Assembly: GCF_017355875.1 (NCBI RefSeq)
Contig: NZ_JAFEWC010000004.1
Coordinates: 12,989-76,988, forward strand
Source: Aridibaculum aurantiacum
GTDB taxonomy: Bacteria; Bacteroidota; Bacteroidia; Chitinophagales; Chitinophagaceae
Direction: 5' to 3'
DNA length: 64,000 bases
Part shown: positions 1-10,925 of the stretch, in pieces
Numbering within the stretch: the first letter of the stretch is position 1
Layout of the letters: each line of letters begins with the position of its first letter
Notes under the pieces: model-generated
What the model saw: the letters and a program-made list of their open reading frames with translations, nothing else
Told to the model about the DNA's origin: nothing
The model's database searches: none
Position numbers and translations under genes: made by a program

Positions 1-200
1 TACACAATACATTCTACACTACCACGGACCAGCTTTTCCTGCAGCAGGTTGCGGATATTAAATTCGAATGGTTTCAACAATGGCGGAATAGTGATCCTAA
101 GATCGAATTGTTTGCCGTTCAGTGATTTTAGTTCTACCAGGAATACTTTGTCTCCTACTGCCCGCTCTGCCCTGCCAAAGCCCGTCATTGAATGCAACAT
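1..200 (-). CDS. YicC-family stress-induced protein (partial; C-terminus lies beyond the window start)
   Basis: Reverse-complement translation from the ATG at 200 gives MLHSMTGFGRAERAVGDKVFLVELKSLNGKQFDLRITIPPLLKPFEFNIRNLLQEKLV. The SMTGFGR start is the hallmark N-terminus of YicC/DUF1732 proteins. The supplied + strand ORF 49..237 has an implausible, Ser/Cys-rich composition. Confidence 0.5.
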   Translation of the reverse strand, partial: MLHSMTGFGRAERAVGDKVFLVELKSLNGKQFDLRITIPPLLKPFEFNIRNLLQEKLVRGSVECIV

Positions 201-346
201 AATAATGTATAAGTTGATTAATTGTCCTTCCTGTTGAACCGCCTTTTCAACCTGCAAAATGCAGTGCTGACTGGGGTTGTATGCAACAAAAACGGCAAAT
301 GTTATTCGGGTAAAAATAAGGCAAAAGGTGGTTGTGCTAAAAAGTA

Positions 347-380
347 AAAGCCGGCTCTTTTAAGAACCGGCTTTTGTTTA
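347..380 (-). terminator. Rho-independent terminator downstream of the sus operon
   Basis: Hairpin AGCCGG-N-CCGGCT flanked by an A-run and a T-run, immediately 3' of the SusF-like stop at 414. Confidence 0.5.
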
Positions 381-413
381 ATTACCTTATATCGTCGAAC
401 AGAGTTGTGGTAG

Positions 414-2171
414 CTATTGAATGGTCATTGTTTGGGTACGTTCGTTGAGCGTAATCGTATAAGTACCAGCGGTTGCAGGTGTCTTAAAGTTATCACCGCC
501 TTCCCAACGTATTCTTCTTGTATTTGCTGCAGCACCAGGACCGGCATCTTCATAATCAAATGCGCCCCATGCATTTCCTGAAAGGAATTTGATATCCTTA
601 TTCGCTTTTAAACCTACAGTCAACGTCCATATACCATTTCCTGAAAATTGCATAGCTGGAGAAGATGCAGGATCCCAATCATTCACGCCAGCCATGTTTA
701 TACCATCACCCACCAAACGCATTTCAGGAGCCAGCATCAACTCGTACTTAATGTTGTCTGGATCTCTGCCATCCCAGATTACCCTGTACCTGCCGGCTGC
801 AGGAATGTTAGGGAAATTAGAACCATTTACTTCCATAGTAGTTCCGGTGCCGCCAGCTGCACCATAGCTGCGGGTTTCAGTTACAGTATTGCTACCGTTG
901 TTCCACTCGTTATTATCAATCATTTTCCATCCACCTGCAGGAAGATCGAAAACGCCAACAAAAAGGTTTCTTCCGGCATAGCCCAATGAATGTGTGGTTA
1001 CAGCCGAAGCAGGAGACCATCCATTCACATCACCAACTATACCCATTCTGCCTTCGCGGATATCGTATTTCATATTTGCCAGGTCTACGCTTATGCGATA
1101 TACACCAGCATTTTGTACTGAAAGGTTCGCACCACCAGCAGACAGGTTGCCATTCGTGCCACCGTAGTTTGTACTCCATGAGCGGCCTTCAGTTATTTTG
1201 AATTCAGCACCTGCAGGCAGGTAGATGTAGGTGTAGTACATTTTGTTGAGCAAGCCACTGCGCAGGTCGCGAATGAATTCAGGCGCATTGCCTGGTTCCC
1301 AATCGGTACCGTTGCCGGTAGCAGCCTGGTAGCCTCCCGGCATGTACAGGCGCAGCAATGGCACGTAAGTATTTACAGTAATGGCAACCCTGTTACTAAA
1401 AGCAACTGCACCTTGTGCAGTGGTAGCTTTCACCCTGTATTCCAATCTTCCGGTAGTGCCGCCTGCTACACCTTCAGTAAGAGCTGTTTCGTTTATTTGT
1501 CCTTGAGTTAATGCTAAGCTATAGGTGTTAGCTCCTGCTGCTAATTCATTAGGACTAGCAAAGTTTTTACCTACAGAATCGTACTGGATGCTATAAGTGA
1601 TCATTCCTGTATAACCTACAAAAGAAGGTGTCCAGTTAAACGTCAGCGCATTTTGACTAGATGAGGCCAATGTACCTGTAACGGTGGTGGCAGTGCTGGT
1701 AAGCGTAGAAGAGTCAGTGAATGGAGTAACTGTCAGGCGAACCACGTTAGACATGTACTGCTCGTTGTTGTTCTTATAAGAAGAAACCACACGAACATCC
1801 ATGTTATATGGTGTACCCAGTTGGAAGCCATATCCAAGTAGAATAGCATTCAGTTCTCTACCTGTGAAAGAAGTACTTCTTTGACCGGTAACCTCTTTGG
1901 TTACTTTACGTGAAAAATCCCTACCAGCAGAATCGATCTCAACTACATATTTATAGTTGTTGCTGTCGGTGGCGTAGTTGGGACTTGTCCATGAAAAAGA
2001 AACCACAGCAGTATTAGAATCTGCAGGGGTAGGAGCTACAGTGGTACGCGAAGCTGTCAGTGTAACAGGAGTACCCTTTCCATAATAAGGAAGGTCTGCT
2101 ATTTTTCTACAGCCGGCGATGGATAGCACCACTACCAGTGTGAAAGAAAGAAGTTTAAAAAGAGTTTTCAT
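414..2171 (-). CDS. SusF-like outer-membrane starch-binding lipoprotein
   Basis: Lipoprotein signal peptide (…SIAGC). It is the last gene of the susC-susD-susE cluster. Ser/Thr/Asn-rich composition suggests repeated Ig-like/CBM modules typical of SusE/SusF-family proteins. Confidence 0.55.
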   Translation of the reverse strand: MKTLFKLLSFTLVVVLSIAGCRKIADLPYYGKGTPVTLTASRTTVAPTPADSNTAVVSFSWTSPNYATDSNNYKYVVEIDSAGRDFSRKVTKEVTGQRSTSFTGRELNAILLGYGFQLGTPYNMDVRVVSSYKNNNEQYMSNVVRLTVTPFTDSSTLTSTATTVTGTLASSSQNALTFNWTPSFVGYTGMITYSIQYDSVGKNFASPNELAAGANTYSLALTQGQINETALTEGVAGGTTGRLEYRVKATTAQGAVAFSNRVAITVNTYVPLLRLYMPGGYQAATGNGTDWEPGNAPEFIRDLRSGLLNKMYYTYIYLPAGAEFKITEGRSWSTNYGGTNGNLSAGGANLSVQNAGVYRISVDLANMKYDIREGRMGIVGDVNGWSPASAVTTHSLGYAGRNLFVGVFDLPAGGWKMIDNNEWNNGSNTVTETRSYGAAGGTGTTMEVNGSNFPNIPAAGRYRVIWDGRDPDNIKYELMLAPEMRLVGDGINMAGVNDWDPASSPAMQFSGNGIWTLTVGLKANKDIKFLSGNAWGAFDYEDAGPGAAANTRRIRWEGGDNFKTPATAGTYTITLNERTQTMTIQ

Positions 2172-2228
2172 ATCTGATAATTTATTAGCTGGTCGGCTGC
2201 CTTTGTTGGGGCAGCCAACCGTTTACTA

Positions 2229-3050
2229 TTACTGTTTTACTACCGTGTATTTACCTGTTCTGAAATTCAGGGTGATCTTGTAAGTGCCGGCATCACCAGG
2301 TGTAGGAATGGCATCAGGATCGCTGCCGCCGCCCAGGTTCACACCTATATCACCACCGGTAGCACTGCTTCCACCATACTGTGGTTGCCACTGCCCTGGG
2401 TGCGATAAGAACTTATACATGGTTCCCGGAGAAAGCTGCGTGATGATGAAATATTCTCCCCTGTCTACACGGGTAAGCTTTTGAGCTGCAGGTGGTGAAT
2501 TTGTCCAGCCTGAAGCGGTAGCATCACCAGTCATATACAACTCGTTGCTTGTAGGAGGAGGCACAGCAAAATCCTCGTAAGGCACAACGCCTGTTATTTG
2601 TATAGCATTGGAGAATAAACGAGCAGTTCCATTAATACTGGAAGCAATGCGGATCTCAATGTTATGCGGAATCTCTGCAACCATTCTCATCCGGGTCAGG
2701 TAGTTGTTCATCATTGCTACCGTTACTGTACGCGACAGGTCGTTGCTGATAGCTATTTCCACCTTTTCAGGATTGGTGAAATTTGCTCCAACTGTATCTA
2801 CCTGTAAATGGTAGGTTACATTGTGAGAACTGACACCGGTATTGAACATATAATCCGGGTTGGTCCAGTTTAGCTGTGCAAACACTTCGTCTTTTCTTGC
2901 TGCTGTCAGCACTTTGTTGGCTGTAACTGTAGCAGTCAGTTTAGGCGCTGTTCCTCCTTGCAGAACAACCCTGTTCTCTTCTTTCTTACAACCCGCCAGT
3001 ACAACCAGCGTGAGTGCAGCAGAAAAAAACCAATTCATATATCGTTTCAT
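2229..3050 (-). CDS. SusE-like outer-membrane lipoprotein
   Basis: 273 aa with a lipoprotein signal (…VLAGCKKE). It sits directly downstream of susD and upstream of the SusF-like gene, matching the canonical Sus operon order. Confidence 0.55.
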   Translation of the reverse strand: MKRYMNWFFSAALTLVVLAGCKKEENRVVLQGGTAPKLTATVTANKVLTAARKDEVFAQLNWTNPDYMFNTGVSSHNVTYHLQVDTVGANFTNPEKVEIAISNDLSRTVTVAMMNNYLTRMRMVAEIPHNIEIRIASSINGTARLFSNAIQITGVVPYEDFAVPPPTSNELYMTGDATASGWTNSPPAAQKLTRVDRGEYFIITQLSPGTMYKFLSHPGQWQPQYGGSSATGGDIGVNLGGGSDPDAIPTPGDAGTYKITLNFRTGKYTVVKQ

Positions 3051-3070
3051 AATTATGATTATTTAGAAGA

Positions 3071-4675
3071 TTAGTACCCTGGGTTTTGCCTGATGTTAGG
3101 GTTAGCACTTACCTCAGTAGAAGGTAATGGGAACAACCTGTAATTAGATGATACTGCTGTTCCGCCTTGTACTCCGCCTTTCCATGGCCATAGGTAAGCT
3201 GCAGTAGTAAACCTGTTGTAGCGGATAAGGTCGCTACGACGAACAGCCTCCCAATACATTTCACGGGATCTTTCATCCAGCAGCAGGTCAAGCGACAGTG
3301 CAGAAACATTGCCTGATGCATTTCCATATGCACGCTGGCGTAGCGTGTTGAAATAGGTCAGTGCTTCATTCTGGTTACCACCTGTTCCACCGCGCAATAC
3401 TGCTTCAGCGTATATCAGGTACATTTCAGCTAAACGGAAAACAGGAAAATCTACATCAGAGTAAGTTCTTTCAGGGTCGTTACCATAGCCACCTGTGCGG
3501 GTACGGTTTCTAAACTTAGCTACACCCAAACCTTGCTCAAATACGCTGATGTCAGAGATTTCTACATTGTGCCCGTCAGTGAAGAAAAGTGCTCTCCTGT
3601 CGGTAATGTTTGATGAAGAAAAATTAGGGAAGCCAGGGAATTTTTCTGGCAGGTTGCGTGTTGTGCGCAGACCACTCCAGCCAGAAAGGCCGGTAAGGTC
3701 TTTATGCGGGGTGCTGCCACCACCTGTTGAACCATTGATTAAGAATGTAGTTCCTCCAAAGTTCCTTGTACGTACACCATCATAGTTCAATGTCCAGATA
3801 AACTCAGTGTTATTAACATGGTTATCAGCCATAAACAAGTGGCTGTAGTTAGGCATCAGCGTATAGCCGCCATCTATTACTTTTTTAGAATAGGTAATAG
3901 CGTCGTTCCACCTTGCAGTTCCTGTATAAACTTCTGCATTTAGGTAAAGCCTTGCCAGCTGTGCCCATGCAGCTGCCCTGTCAGCCCTGCCGTATGGTGC
4001 AGCTCTTGGCGCATCCATTTCAGGTTCTATTGCTTTCAGTTCAGCTTCTATAAAATTGAACAGGTTCTGCCTGGTTATTTGCTGTGGAAGATTTCCTGCA
4101 CCTATGGGTGTTTCTTCATTAGTAAAACCTGGATTTCCAAAAAGGTCAAGCAGTACGCTATAAACGTGCGCCCTTACAAACCTTGCTTCAGCGCGCATCT
4201 TGCGTATATTATCAGCAGAAGCTGTTAATCCACGCTGGCTGATCCTTTCAGGAGAACTTTCCCTGATGAATTCGTTGGAAAGTGTAATGATATAAAAACA
4301 GCGGTTGTACAACCCGTTCAACATACCATTGTTAGCGCTCCAGTTCAGGTTGTGGAAGTCACGGATACCGGCATCGTTCCAGGCAACTACTGCTTCGTCT
4401 GTGGTTAGCTCCTGTGCCATCCACATCAGGCGCAGGAAGTCAGAGGTACCTTCATCTATACCTGCTACATCACCTGCACCAGCAGGACCAGCATTACCGG
4501 TAAGCGCCATTGAACCGTACACTTTTGAAAGCACCTGCAGGTAACCTCCTTCAGTGCCGTATACCTGCGCCGACGTTACATCGTTGGGCGGGAACCTATC
4601 AAGATCTTTGTGGCATGCTACCAGCAGCGTTGCCGCCATCAGCACCCAAATACTATATGTTATTAGCTTTTTCAT
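3071..4675 (-). CDS. susD: SusD/RagB-family nutrient-binding outer-membrane lipoprotein
   Basis: 534 aa with a lipoprotein signal (…LLVACHKD). It lies immediately downstream of the TonB-dependent receptor with a 19-bp gap. It has SusD-like length and TPR-like composition, including the RYNRFTTAAYLWPW-type C-terminal region. Confidence 0.85.
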   Translation of the reverse strand: MKKLITYSIWVLMAATLLVACHKDLDRFPPNDVTSAQVYGTEGGYLQVLSKVYGSMALTGNAGPAGAGDVAGIDEGTSDFLRLMWMAQELTTDEAVVAWNDAGIRDFHNLNWSANNGMLNGLYNRCFYIITLSNEFIRESSPERISQRGLTASADNIRKMRAEARFVRAHVYSVLLDLFGNPGFTNEETPIGAGNLPQQITRQNLFNFIEAELKAIEPEMDAPRAAPYGRADRAAAWAQLARLYLNAEVYTGTARWNDAITYSKKVIDGGYTLMPNYSHLFMADNHVNNTEFIWTLNYDGVRTRNFGGTTFLINGSTGGGSTPHKDLTGLSGWSGLRTTRNLPEKFPGFPNFSSSNITDRRALFFTDGHNVEISDISVFEQGLGVAKFRNRTRTGGYGNDPERTYSDVDFPVFRLAEMYLIYAEAVLRGGTGGNQNEALTYFNTLRQRAYGNASGNVSALSLDLLLDERSREMYWEAVRRSDLIRYNRFTTAAYLWPWKGGVQGGTAVSSNYRLFPLPSTEVSANPNIRQNPGY

Positions 4676-4693
4676 TTCAATCGTTGTTTTGAA

Positions 4694-7600
4694 TTAAAAG
4701 TTCAGGTTGAAGCCTAAAGTGAATGTGCGTGGACGAGGATAGAACTGGTTGTCTATACCGCCATTGATCTCAGGATCGATACCAGAATACCTGGTGATCA
4801 CAAATGCATTTTGCACATTGGCTGAAACTCTTAGTCTTGAACCTCTGAAAACCTCACCTGCATCGTAAGAAACATTGATGTTATCCATACGCAGGAATGA
4901 AGCGTTCTGAACAAAATAATCAGATACATACAAGTTTGGATCTGCACCAACAAAGTTGGTAGTAAGGAAGCTGGTAGAACCATTGTTCATCCAACCAAGG
5001 GGGTTGAAGATGGCACGTTGTGTTCCTAAGTTAGAGTGAACGTTGTTGTACACATAGTTGTCGAAGCTACCACGTGCAACAAAACCTGCAGCCCACTTCT
5101 TATAAGTAAGGCTTGAGCTAAAGCCAAGCAGGTAACGAGGCTGAACTGACTTGTACTGGTAACGGTCGTCATCGTTGATAACACCATCACGGTTCAGGTC
5201 TTCATACAAACCTTCTATCGGGCGTCCTGATGCATCATATACTTGCTTCAGTACATAGAAACTTGAAGGCAGGTACCCGATACTGTGGATTAAAACAGTG
5301 TTACCTGTACCACCCTGGATGCCGCCAAAACGATTTCCGCGGAAAGAAGGATCAGGGTTCAACAGTAGCTGGCTGATCTTAGGATCGATGTATGTAAAGT
5401 TGAAGTTTGCATCCCATGTGAAATCCTTACGCTGAATAGGCACAGTATTGATGGTTACTTCCACACCACGGCTTTCTATGCTACCAACGTTTGTCAACAA
5501 CTCATTACTGAAGTTGGTTCCCAAAGCAATTGGCACTACGCTCAGCAGGTCTCTTGTTTTACGAGAGAATACATCTACCGAACCATTGATACGGTTTTTA
5601 AAGAAACCAAAGTCAAGAGCTACGTTTACATTCTCTGTTGTTTCCCACTTCAGGTTTGGATCGTAAGCCTGTGGGCGCAACATTGGGTAGAAAGTGTTGC
5701 CAAGCTGGTATTGAGCTGTGTTATTGCTAAGCGTATAACGAGGAATGTAGCCATAGAAATCAATTCCACCTTGCTGGCCTGTAACACCATAACCAACTCT
5801 CAATTTCAGGTCAGATACTGTATTGGAATTTTTCAGGAAGCTTTCTTCGTTGATGCGCCATGCAAAGGCAGCAGCAGGGAAGAAGCCCCAGCGATTGTCC
5901 TGGCTGAACTTAGATGTACCATCTGTACGTGCACTCAATGTAACTACATACTTATTGGCAAGGGTATAATTCAAACGGCCGTAGTAAGAGATCAGTGTAA
6001 ACTGCGGTTGGTTCATTGGGAACTGCGGCGTAGACTCTGGTCTTATACTTCCATTGAATCTGAAGTCAGGATAATTAAAATTAGTAAACCTGAAATCCTG
6101 GTAACCATGACCAGCCATCAGTTCCAAACGGCTATTGATGCTGGTAAGGTCGCGGGTATAGTTCAGGTAAAAATCGAGAAGCAGGTTGCGCTGCTGGCTC
6201 TTATAACGGTTGCGCATACCACCATAATGAAGAACGCTGTCTGCAGTACCTGCACGGTTCCTGCCAATTTCGTAACGACGATAAAATGCACCCGCACTGT
6301 CGCTGGCAACATCAGTACCCTCGCCACTTTGTACATCATATCCTAGGTTCAGGTTAGCACGCAAGCCTCTTACAAAAGGAAGTGAATAGTCGAACTGAAC
6401 ATTACCGATGCTGCGGAATACTTCGCTCCTGTTTTCACGCATTTCAAGTAAAGAAACCGGGTTACGTGGAGCAAGATCTCTTGGAACCTGTCCAATACCA
6501 ATTGTTTCTAAATATTCGAAATAGCCACCAAAGCGGTTGCTGTTGGTACGTACTGGTTGTGTAGGATCGAATGCTATTGCAGAGCCGATAGCTCCTTCGT
6601 CAGCAAAACGATTACCTGTTCTTGCACCTTTTAAATTAATATCTACACGCAGTTGGTCCTTCAGGAAACGTGGGCTCAGGTTGATGGCCAATGTTTGCCT
6701 GTTGAAGTTGCTGGTGCGCAAAATACCATCCTGGTTTAGCATGCCACCAGAAATACGGAAAGGCAGTTTACCATCTGCTATTGCACCAGATGCAGATATG
6801 TTCAAATCCTGGCCAAAAGATGTTCTGAAAATCTCATCCTGCCAGTCAGTATTAGCTGTTCCAAGTTTAGCTGCATCACCAGGTGCACCCTTGCTGTTTA
6901 CTATGCTACGCAGCTGGTCTGCTGAAAGCACATCCACCTTGCGGGCAGGAGTTTGAGCAAATGCCTGAGCATTTACATTGTAAACAACTCTACCTCTTTT
7001 ACCTTTTTTGGTAGTAATAAGGATAACACCATTAGATGCCCTTGAACCATAGATAGCGGCAGCAGAAGGATCTTTTAGTACAGTAAAAGTTTCGATGTCG
7101 TTTGGATTGATCATGTTGAGCGGGTTCGCAGAACCAGCTACACCACCATTGTCTACAGGTACACCATCAATTACAATCAGCGGATCGTTGCTCGCATTTA
7201 GCGAAGCACCACCACGAATTCTTATTTGGCTACCAGCACCAGGAGCACCACTGGAAGGTGAAATCTGAACACCCGCTACTTTACCGGCTATCAGTTGCTC
7301 CGCTGAAACGATGTTTCCTTTCTGGAAATCTTTTTCAGTAACGGTGGCAACAGCACCTGTAACATCGCGGCGGCGCTGGGTACCATAACCCACTACTACC
7401 ACCTCGTTGAGTGCAGCGGTAGCACCTGCCAGCACCACGTTAATAGGACCATCAACAATGGCCACTTCTTGTGTGGTAAAATTTACCGAGCTGATCACAA
7501 TGGATGTTGCCCGGGCAGGAACTTTTAAAGAGAAGCTGCCATCAGCGGCAGTTGAGGTACCAGTTGTACCTCCTTTCATTACAACGGAGGCATTAGCAAC

Positions 7601-7717
7601 AGGAGCTCCACCGGCATCGGTTACGCGTCCTGTAACTACTTTGTCTTGCGCAATTACTTGTCCTGTAAAAAGGAGCAAGGGCAAGACCATAGCAAAGAGC
7701 AGTCGTTTAAAGGTCAT
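4694..7717 (-). CDS. susC: SusC/RagA-family TonB-dependent outer-membrane receptor
   Basis: 1007 aa with a signal peptide. It has an N-terminal carboxypeptidase-regulatory-like region and a plug domain with the VVVVGYGTQRRRDVTGAV TonB-linked signature. The C-terminal beta-barrel ends in an aromatic residue (…LNF). Confidence 0.9.
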   Translation of the reverse strand: MTFKRLLFAMVLPLLLFTGQVIAQDKVVTGRVTDAGGAPVANASVVMKGGTTGTSTAADGSFSLKVPARATSIVISSVNFTTQEVAIVDGPINVVLAGATAALNEVVVVGYGTQRRRDVTGAVATVTEKDFQKGNIVSAEQLIAGKVAGVQISPSSGAPGAGSQIRIRGGASLNASNDPLIVIDGVPVDNGGVAGSANPLNMINPNDIETFTVLKDPSAAAIYGSRASNGVILITTKKGKRGRVVYNVNAQAFAQTPARKVDVLSADQLRSIVNSKGAPGDAAKLGTANTDWQDEIFRTSFGQDLNISASGAIADGKLPFRISGGMLNQDGILRTSNFNRQTLAINLSPRFLKDQLRVDINLKGARTGNRFADEGAIGSAIAFDPTQPVRTNSNRFGGYFEYLETIGIGQVPRDLAPRNPVSLLEMRENRSEVFRSIGNVQFDYSLPFVRGLRANLNLGYDVQSGEGTDVASDSAGAFYRRYEIGRNRAGTADSVLHYGGMRNRYKSQQRNLLLDFYLNYTRDLTSINSRLELMAGHGYQDFRFTNFNYPDFRFNGSIRPESTPQFPMNQPQFTLISYYGRLNYTLANKYVVTLSARTDGTSKFSQDNRWGFFPAAAFAWRINEESFLKNSNTVSDLKLRVGYGVTGQQGGIDFYGYIPRYTLSNNTAQYQLGNTFYPMLRPQAYDPNLKWETTENVNVALDFGFFKNRINGSVDVFSRKTRDLLSVVPIALGTNFSNELLTNVGSIESRGVEVTINTVPIQRKDFTWDANFNFTYIDPKISQLLLNPDPSFRGNRFGGIQGGTGNTVLIHSIGYLPSSFYVLKQVYDASGRPIEGLYEDLNRDGVINDDDRYQYKSVQPRYLLGFSSSLTYKKWAAGFVARGSFDNYVYNNVHSNLGTQRAIFNPLGWMNNGSTSFLTTNFVGADPNLYVSDYFVQNASFLRMDNINVSYDAGEVFRGSRLRVSANVQNAFVITRYSGIDPEINGGIDNQFYPRPRTFTLGFNLNF

Positions 7718-7890
7718 ATTTTAAAATTTACGAGTTTACAAAAAGGCGCTGTTCTGATTTTTATGAGGATTAAGAAATAAGTCGTTCTTCTTCTTGCTGT
7801 GTATAGTGGAGTAAGGCCGCAAAAGAATGGGTTAATAAGACAATGCACCTCTTCAACACGATGCTTGCTGCCACACCATTTAAGCGTACT

Positions 7891-10779
7891 TTAATTTATA
7901 ACCTGGAACTGTTGAACCTTCATTTTGCCATTCACTTCAATCTTTAACAAGTACATTCCTGTGGCAAGTCGCGAAGGATTGAAACCATTAGAATTAATTG
8001 GTAATTTTTGAGTTCCTCTTGCTTTAAAACCTGTGTATAGTGTAGCCAGTTGCTGGCCTGTCATATTCAATACAGACACCGTCACATTTCCACTTTCAGG
8101 CAGATCGTAATCTATAACCGCGAACTTGTTTACCGGGTTTGGATATATAGACATACGCATGTTGAGCGCTGTGGCAGCAACATTTCGCACTGGTGTGGTA
8201 ACAAGATTATTTACATCCCTGTTCAGGTATACAGCATATTCTCCAGGCTGCAGTGTGATGCTTTCTGTACCACCTGTCGCGTTGCGCGTACCACCGCCTG
8301 TATAGTTGTACCAAATACCAGGGCTCTGGAAAGTGATATTACCAGTAGCCGGCACTACATCAAAATTGCCTATGACGGTAACGCGTAACGAGTCAGAATT
8401 CACCTGCAACCACTTAAAGGCTCCGGCTAAGTTGTATGAAACATTATTGGTAACCCAGGTAGGAAGGAAGTTGGGAATATTGCGCAAACGCAGCATGCGT
8501 GCATAATGATCGTGTAATGCTTTGCGATTTGGATTGCCTAGATAATCCCAGCGAATAGGCTTCGGATCTGTACGGCAATTATCATTCACGGTTCCGTTCT
8601 GGCAATAGTTGATAGAAAAATCGTAACCAAGTTCACCAAACTGCCACATCATTTTTGGCGCAGGTATCATTGACCAGAAACTGGTAGTTAGCTCGTTTCT
8701 TTTAAGTGCTACATTCAGGTCGCGTACATTATGAGCAGGGTTGTTGGTATTACCAAAGTTCAGGTTTCTATACATTAGCCTTTCTTCATCATGGCTTTCC
8801 TGGTAAGTGATCAGGTGAGGCCGCGTCCAGTTCCTGGCAGTATGAATGCCCCATTGGAAATTTGACTGAGCCAAATGCCCCATGGCAGCTTCGCTGAAGT
8901 TGTGGTTCAGGTTGCCCCACAGCAGCATGCCATAATTAGCCAGTTCTGTTTCTTCTGAGTTATCTGCAAAGTGTTCCAGTATGCAATAAGAATTAGCGGA
9001 CGTTGCCATCATTTTATCGTAAATGCGTTTCCAGATGGCAATACGGCTGGCATCGTAGTTGCCCCACTGCGCTACATTACTACCAGAGTTTACCTGTGTA
9101 AACCCTTTAGAAAGATCCCATCTGAAACCATCGATCTTATAGTTGGTTAGCCAATGCTCCACCACGCGGTCTACCAATGTCCTTGTTGCCTGGCTTTCAT
9201 GGTTGAAATCAAAACCAACATTGAAAGGGTGACGCGCTTCTTCATTGTGCCATGGGTTATCGGCAGACGGACGATTGAGTGCTGCATTCCAATACATCTG
9301 CACAGTTGGTGACATACCAAAAGCATGGTTCAATGCTATATCCATCACCACTGCTATGCCTTCTTTATGGCACTCATCAATAAACTGGCGCAATGCTGTT
9401 TCTGTACCATAAATTTTATCAGGGGCAAAAAAGTAAGAAGGATTGTATCCCCAGCTGATGTTGCCTTCAAACTCGTTGAACGGCATAATGTTGATGGTGT
9501 TGATGCCCAAACGCTTCAAATAGCCAAGCGTATCGCGTAAGGTATTCCAGTTTTGTGTGGCCACAAAATCACGCACCAGCAGTTCGTAAATAATCAGGTT
9601 TCTTTTATCAGGCCTGGCAAAATTTTGTACCTGCCAGTTGAATGTAGGCTTTGCTGTCTGCAGCACACTCACCACACCCGACTGACCAGCAGGGTAAGGT
9701 TTCAAATTTGGATAGCTGGCAGCCGGGATGTATTGGTCATTCCATGGATCCAATACTTTTTCAGCATACATATCTGCCACCTTCAATGTGCCATCAATCA
9801 AAAACTGGTAAGCATATTCTCTTGCAGGTGTAAGACCAGTAATCCTTACCCAGAAACGATTTCCATCAGGCGTTTTCTTCATCTGGTGCTGTACAGTTGG
9901 CGCCCAGTTATTGAACTCGCCAATAACAGCAACCGAATTTTTACCCGGGGCAAAAAGCACCAACGTAACAGAAGTATCGCCACTCTCGTAGTTGATACCA
10001 TTGCGTACACCAGCAGGTAGTGGTTCCACTACAGTGGTCGGTGTTACAAAAAAGGTAACGGTATCTCTTTTTACTGTAGTACCCACTGTCGCTTCTGCTA
10101 TCACGGTTTGGGTACCGGTAGTGGTGATGGTAACATTTGCTGAGACAGTGGTAGCATTTGCTGCATTTGCCACCTCGGTTCCATTAAATAGTAATTTCAG
10201 TTGTGCAGCATCGCTCGAAGCGCCAGAAATTGTAAGTGAATTTCCAATGACAAGGTTCAAAGGCTCTGCAATAGGATTGAACGTAGGCTGACGGAAAGGC
10301 TGCGTCACTCTCACCTGCAGGTTGTTATCATAAACCGGGATGTACATATCCGTTCCATCACGATTTCTTTGCGCCTTGGCTCCAGTTCCGCTTCTAAACA
10401 GGATCACGATCTTTTGGATCACCTCGTTCTGGTTGGTAACGCCAAAAAAGCTGCGTAGTCCACCTGTAATGGTAAACCTCCACTTGTTAGGCGACACATA
10501 AGTAGCCTGCGCTGCCGGTGTTGCCTGTCCCCATGTGAACTTAGAGTACTTCCAGTCGGTAGGGCTGGTGCTCAGGTTGGTGATCAGACCAATATGTACA
10601 TAAACATCAGAAGTAGGTGTATGATCTTTTAATCCCTGGTTGCCAAAGTTGGCGTCCATGGAGATCTCAATTGTAGAAGAAGATTCTCTTACAAAAACAG
10701 GATTGGTAGAGAGGAGCTGTCCCTGGCAGATCACTGCATAGAACAGGAAAAACAGTGTAGAAAATAGTTTCATACGCAC
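7891..10779 (-). CDS. GH13 alpha-amylase (SusG-like) with a C-terminal T9SS type A sorting domain
   Basis: GH13 catalytic motifs are present: VVMDIALNHAFG, GFRWDLSKGF, YQESHDEERL. The C-terminal ~90 aa (MSIYPNPVNKFAVIDYDL…LLKIEVNGKMKVQQFQVIN) match the Por/T9SS secretion-system C-terminal sorting domain. Confidence 0.85.
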   Translation of the reverse strand: MRMKLFSTLFFLFYAVICQGQLLSTNPVFVRESSSTIEISMDANFGNQGLKDHTPTSDVYVHIGLITNLSTSPTDWKYSKFTWGQATPAAQATYVSPNKWRFTITGGLRSFFGVTNQNEVIQKIVILFRSGTGAKAQRNRDGTDMYIPVYDNNLQVRVTQPFRQPTFNPIAEPLNLVIGNSLTISGASSDAAQLKLLFNGTEVANAANATTVSANVTITTTGTQTVIAEATVGTTVKRDTVTFFVTPTTVVEPLPAGVRNGINYESGDTSVTLVLFAPGKNSVAVIGEFNNWAPTVQHQMKKTPDGNRFWVRITGLTPAREYAYQFLIDGTLKVADMYAEKVLDPWNDQYIPAASYPNLKPYPAGQSGVVSVLQTAKPTFNWQVQNFARPDKRNLIIYELLVRDFVATQNWNTLRDTLGYLKRLGINTINIMPFNEFEGNISWGYNPSYFFAPDKIYGTETALRQFIDECHKEGIAVVMDIALNHAFGMSPTVQMYWNAALNRPSADNPWHNEEARHPFNVGFDFNHESQATRTLVDRVVEHWLTNYKIDGFRWDLSKGFTQVNSGSNVAQWGNYDASRIAIWKRIYDKMMATSANSYCILEHFADNSEETELANYGMLLWGNLNHNFSEAAMGHLAQSNFQWGIHTARNWTRPHLITYQESHDEERLMYRNLNFGNTNNPAHNVRDLNVALKRNELTTSFWSMIPAPKMMWQFGELGYDFSINYCQNGTVNDNCRTDPKPIRWDYLGNPNRKALHDHYARMLRLRNIPNFLPTWVTNNVSYNLAGAFKWLQVNSDSLRVTVIGNFDVVPATGNITFQSPGIWYNYTGGGTRNATGGTESITLQPGEYAVYLNRDVNNLVTTPVRNVAATALNMRMSIYPNPVNKFAVIDYDLPESGNVTVSVLNMTGQQLATLYTGFKARGTQKLPINSNGFNPSRLATGMYLLKIEVNGKMKVQQFQVIN

Positions 10780-10840
10780 AGCAATTTCGTCAGTTAGAAT
10801 TTGATTTAGTTGATAATCAACGTCATCTACTTAAATCAAA

Positions 10841-10857
10841 TGTGTAAATCTTACACA
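10841..10857. promoter_or_regulatory. Candidate operator palindrome TGTGTAAAtcTTACACA upstream of the amylase gene
   Basis: Near-perfect inverted repeat about 65 bp upstream of the amylase start. The same motif recurs twice in the pullulanase/regulator divergent region. Confidence 0.45.
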
Positions 10858-10925
10858 ATATAGAAAATATTTTATCCGTCAAATACTTTGTTAAAAAATA
10901 ATCCTCTGCTATAGGCTTATAACCA

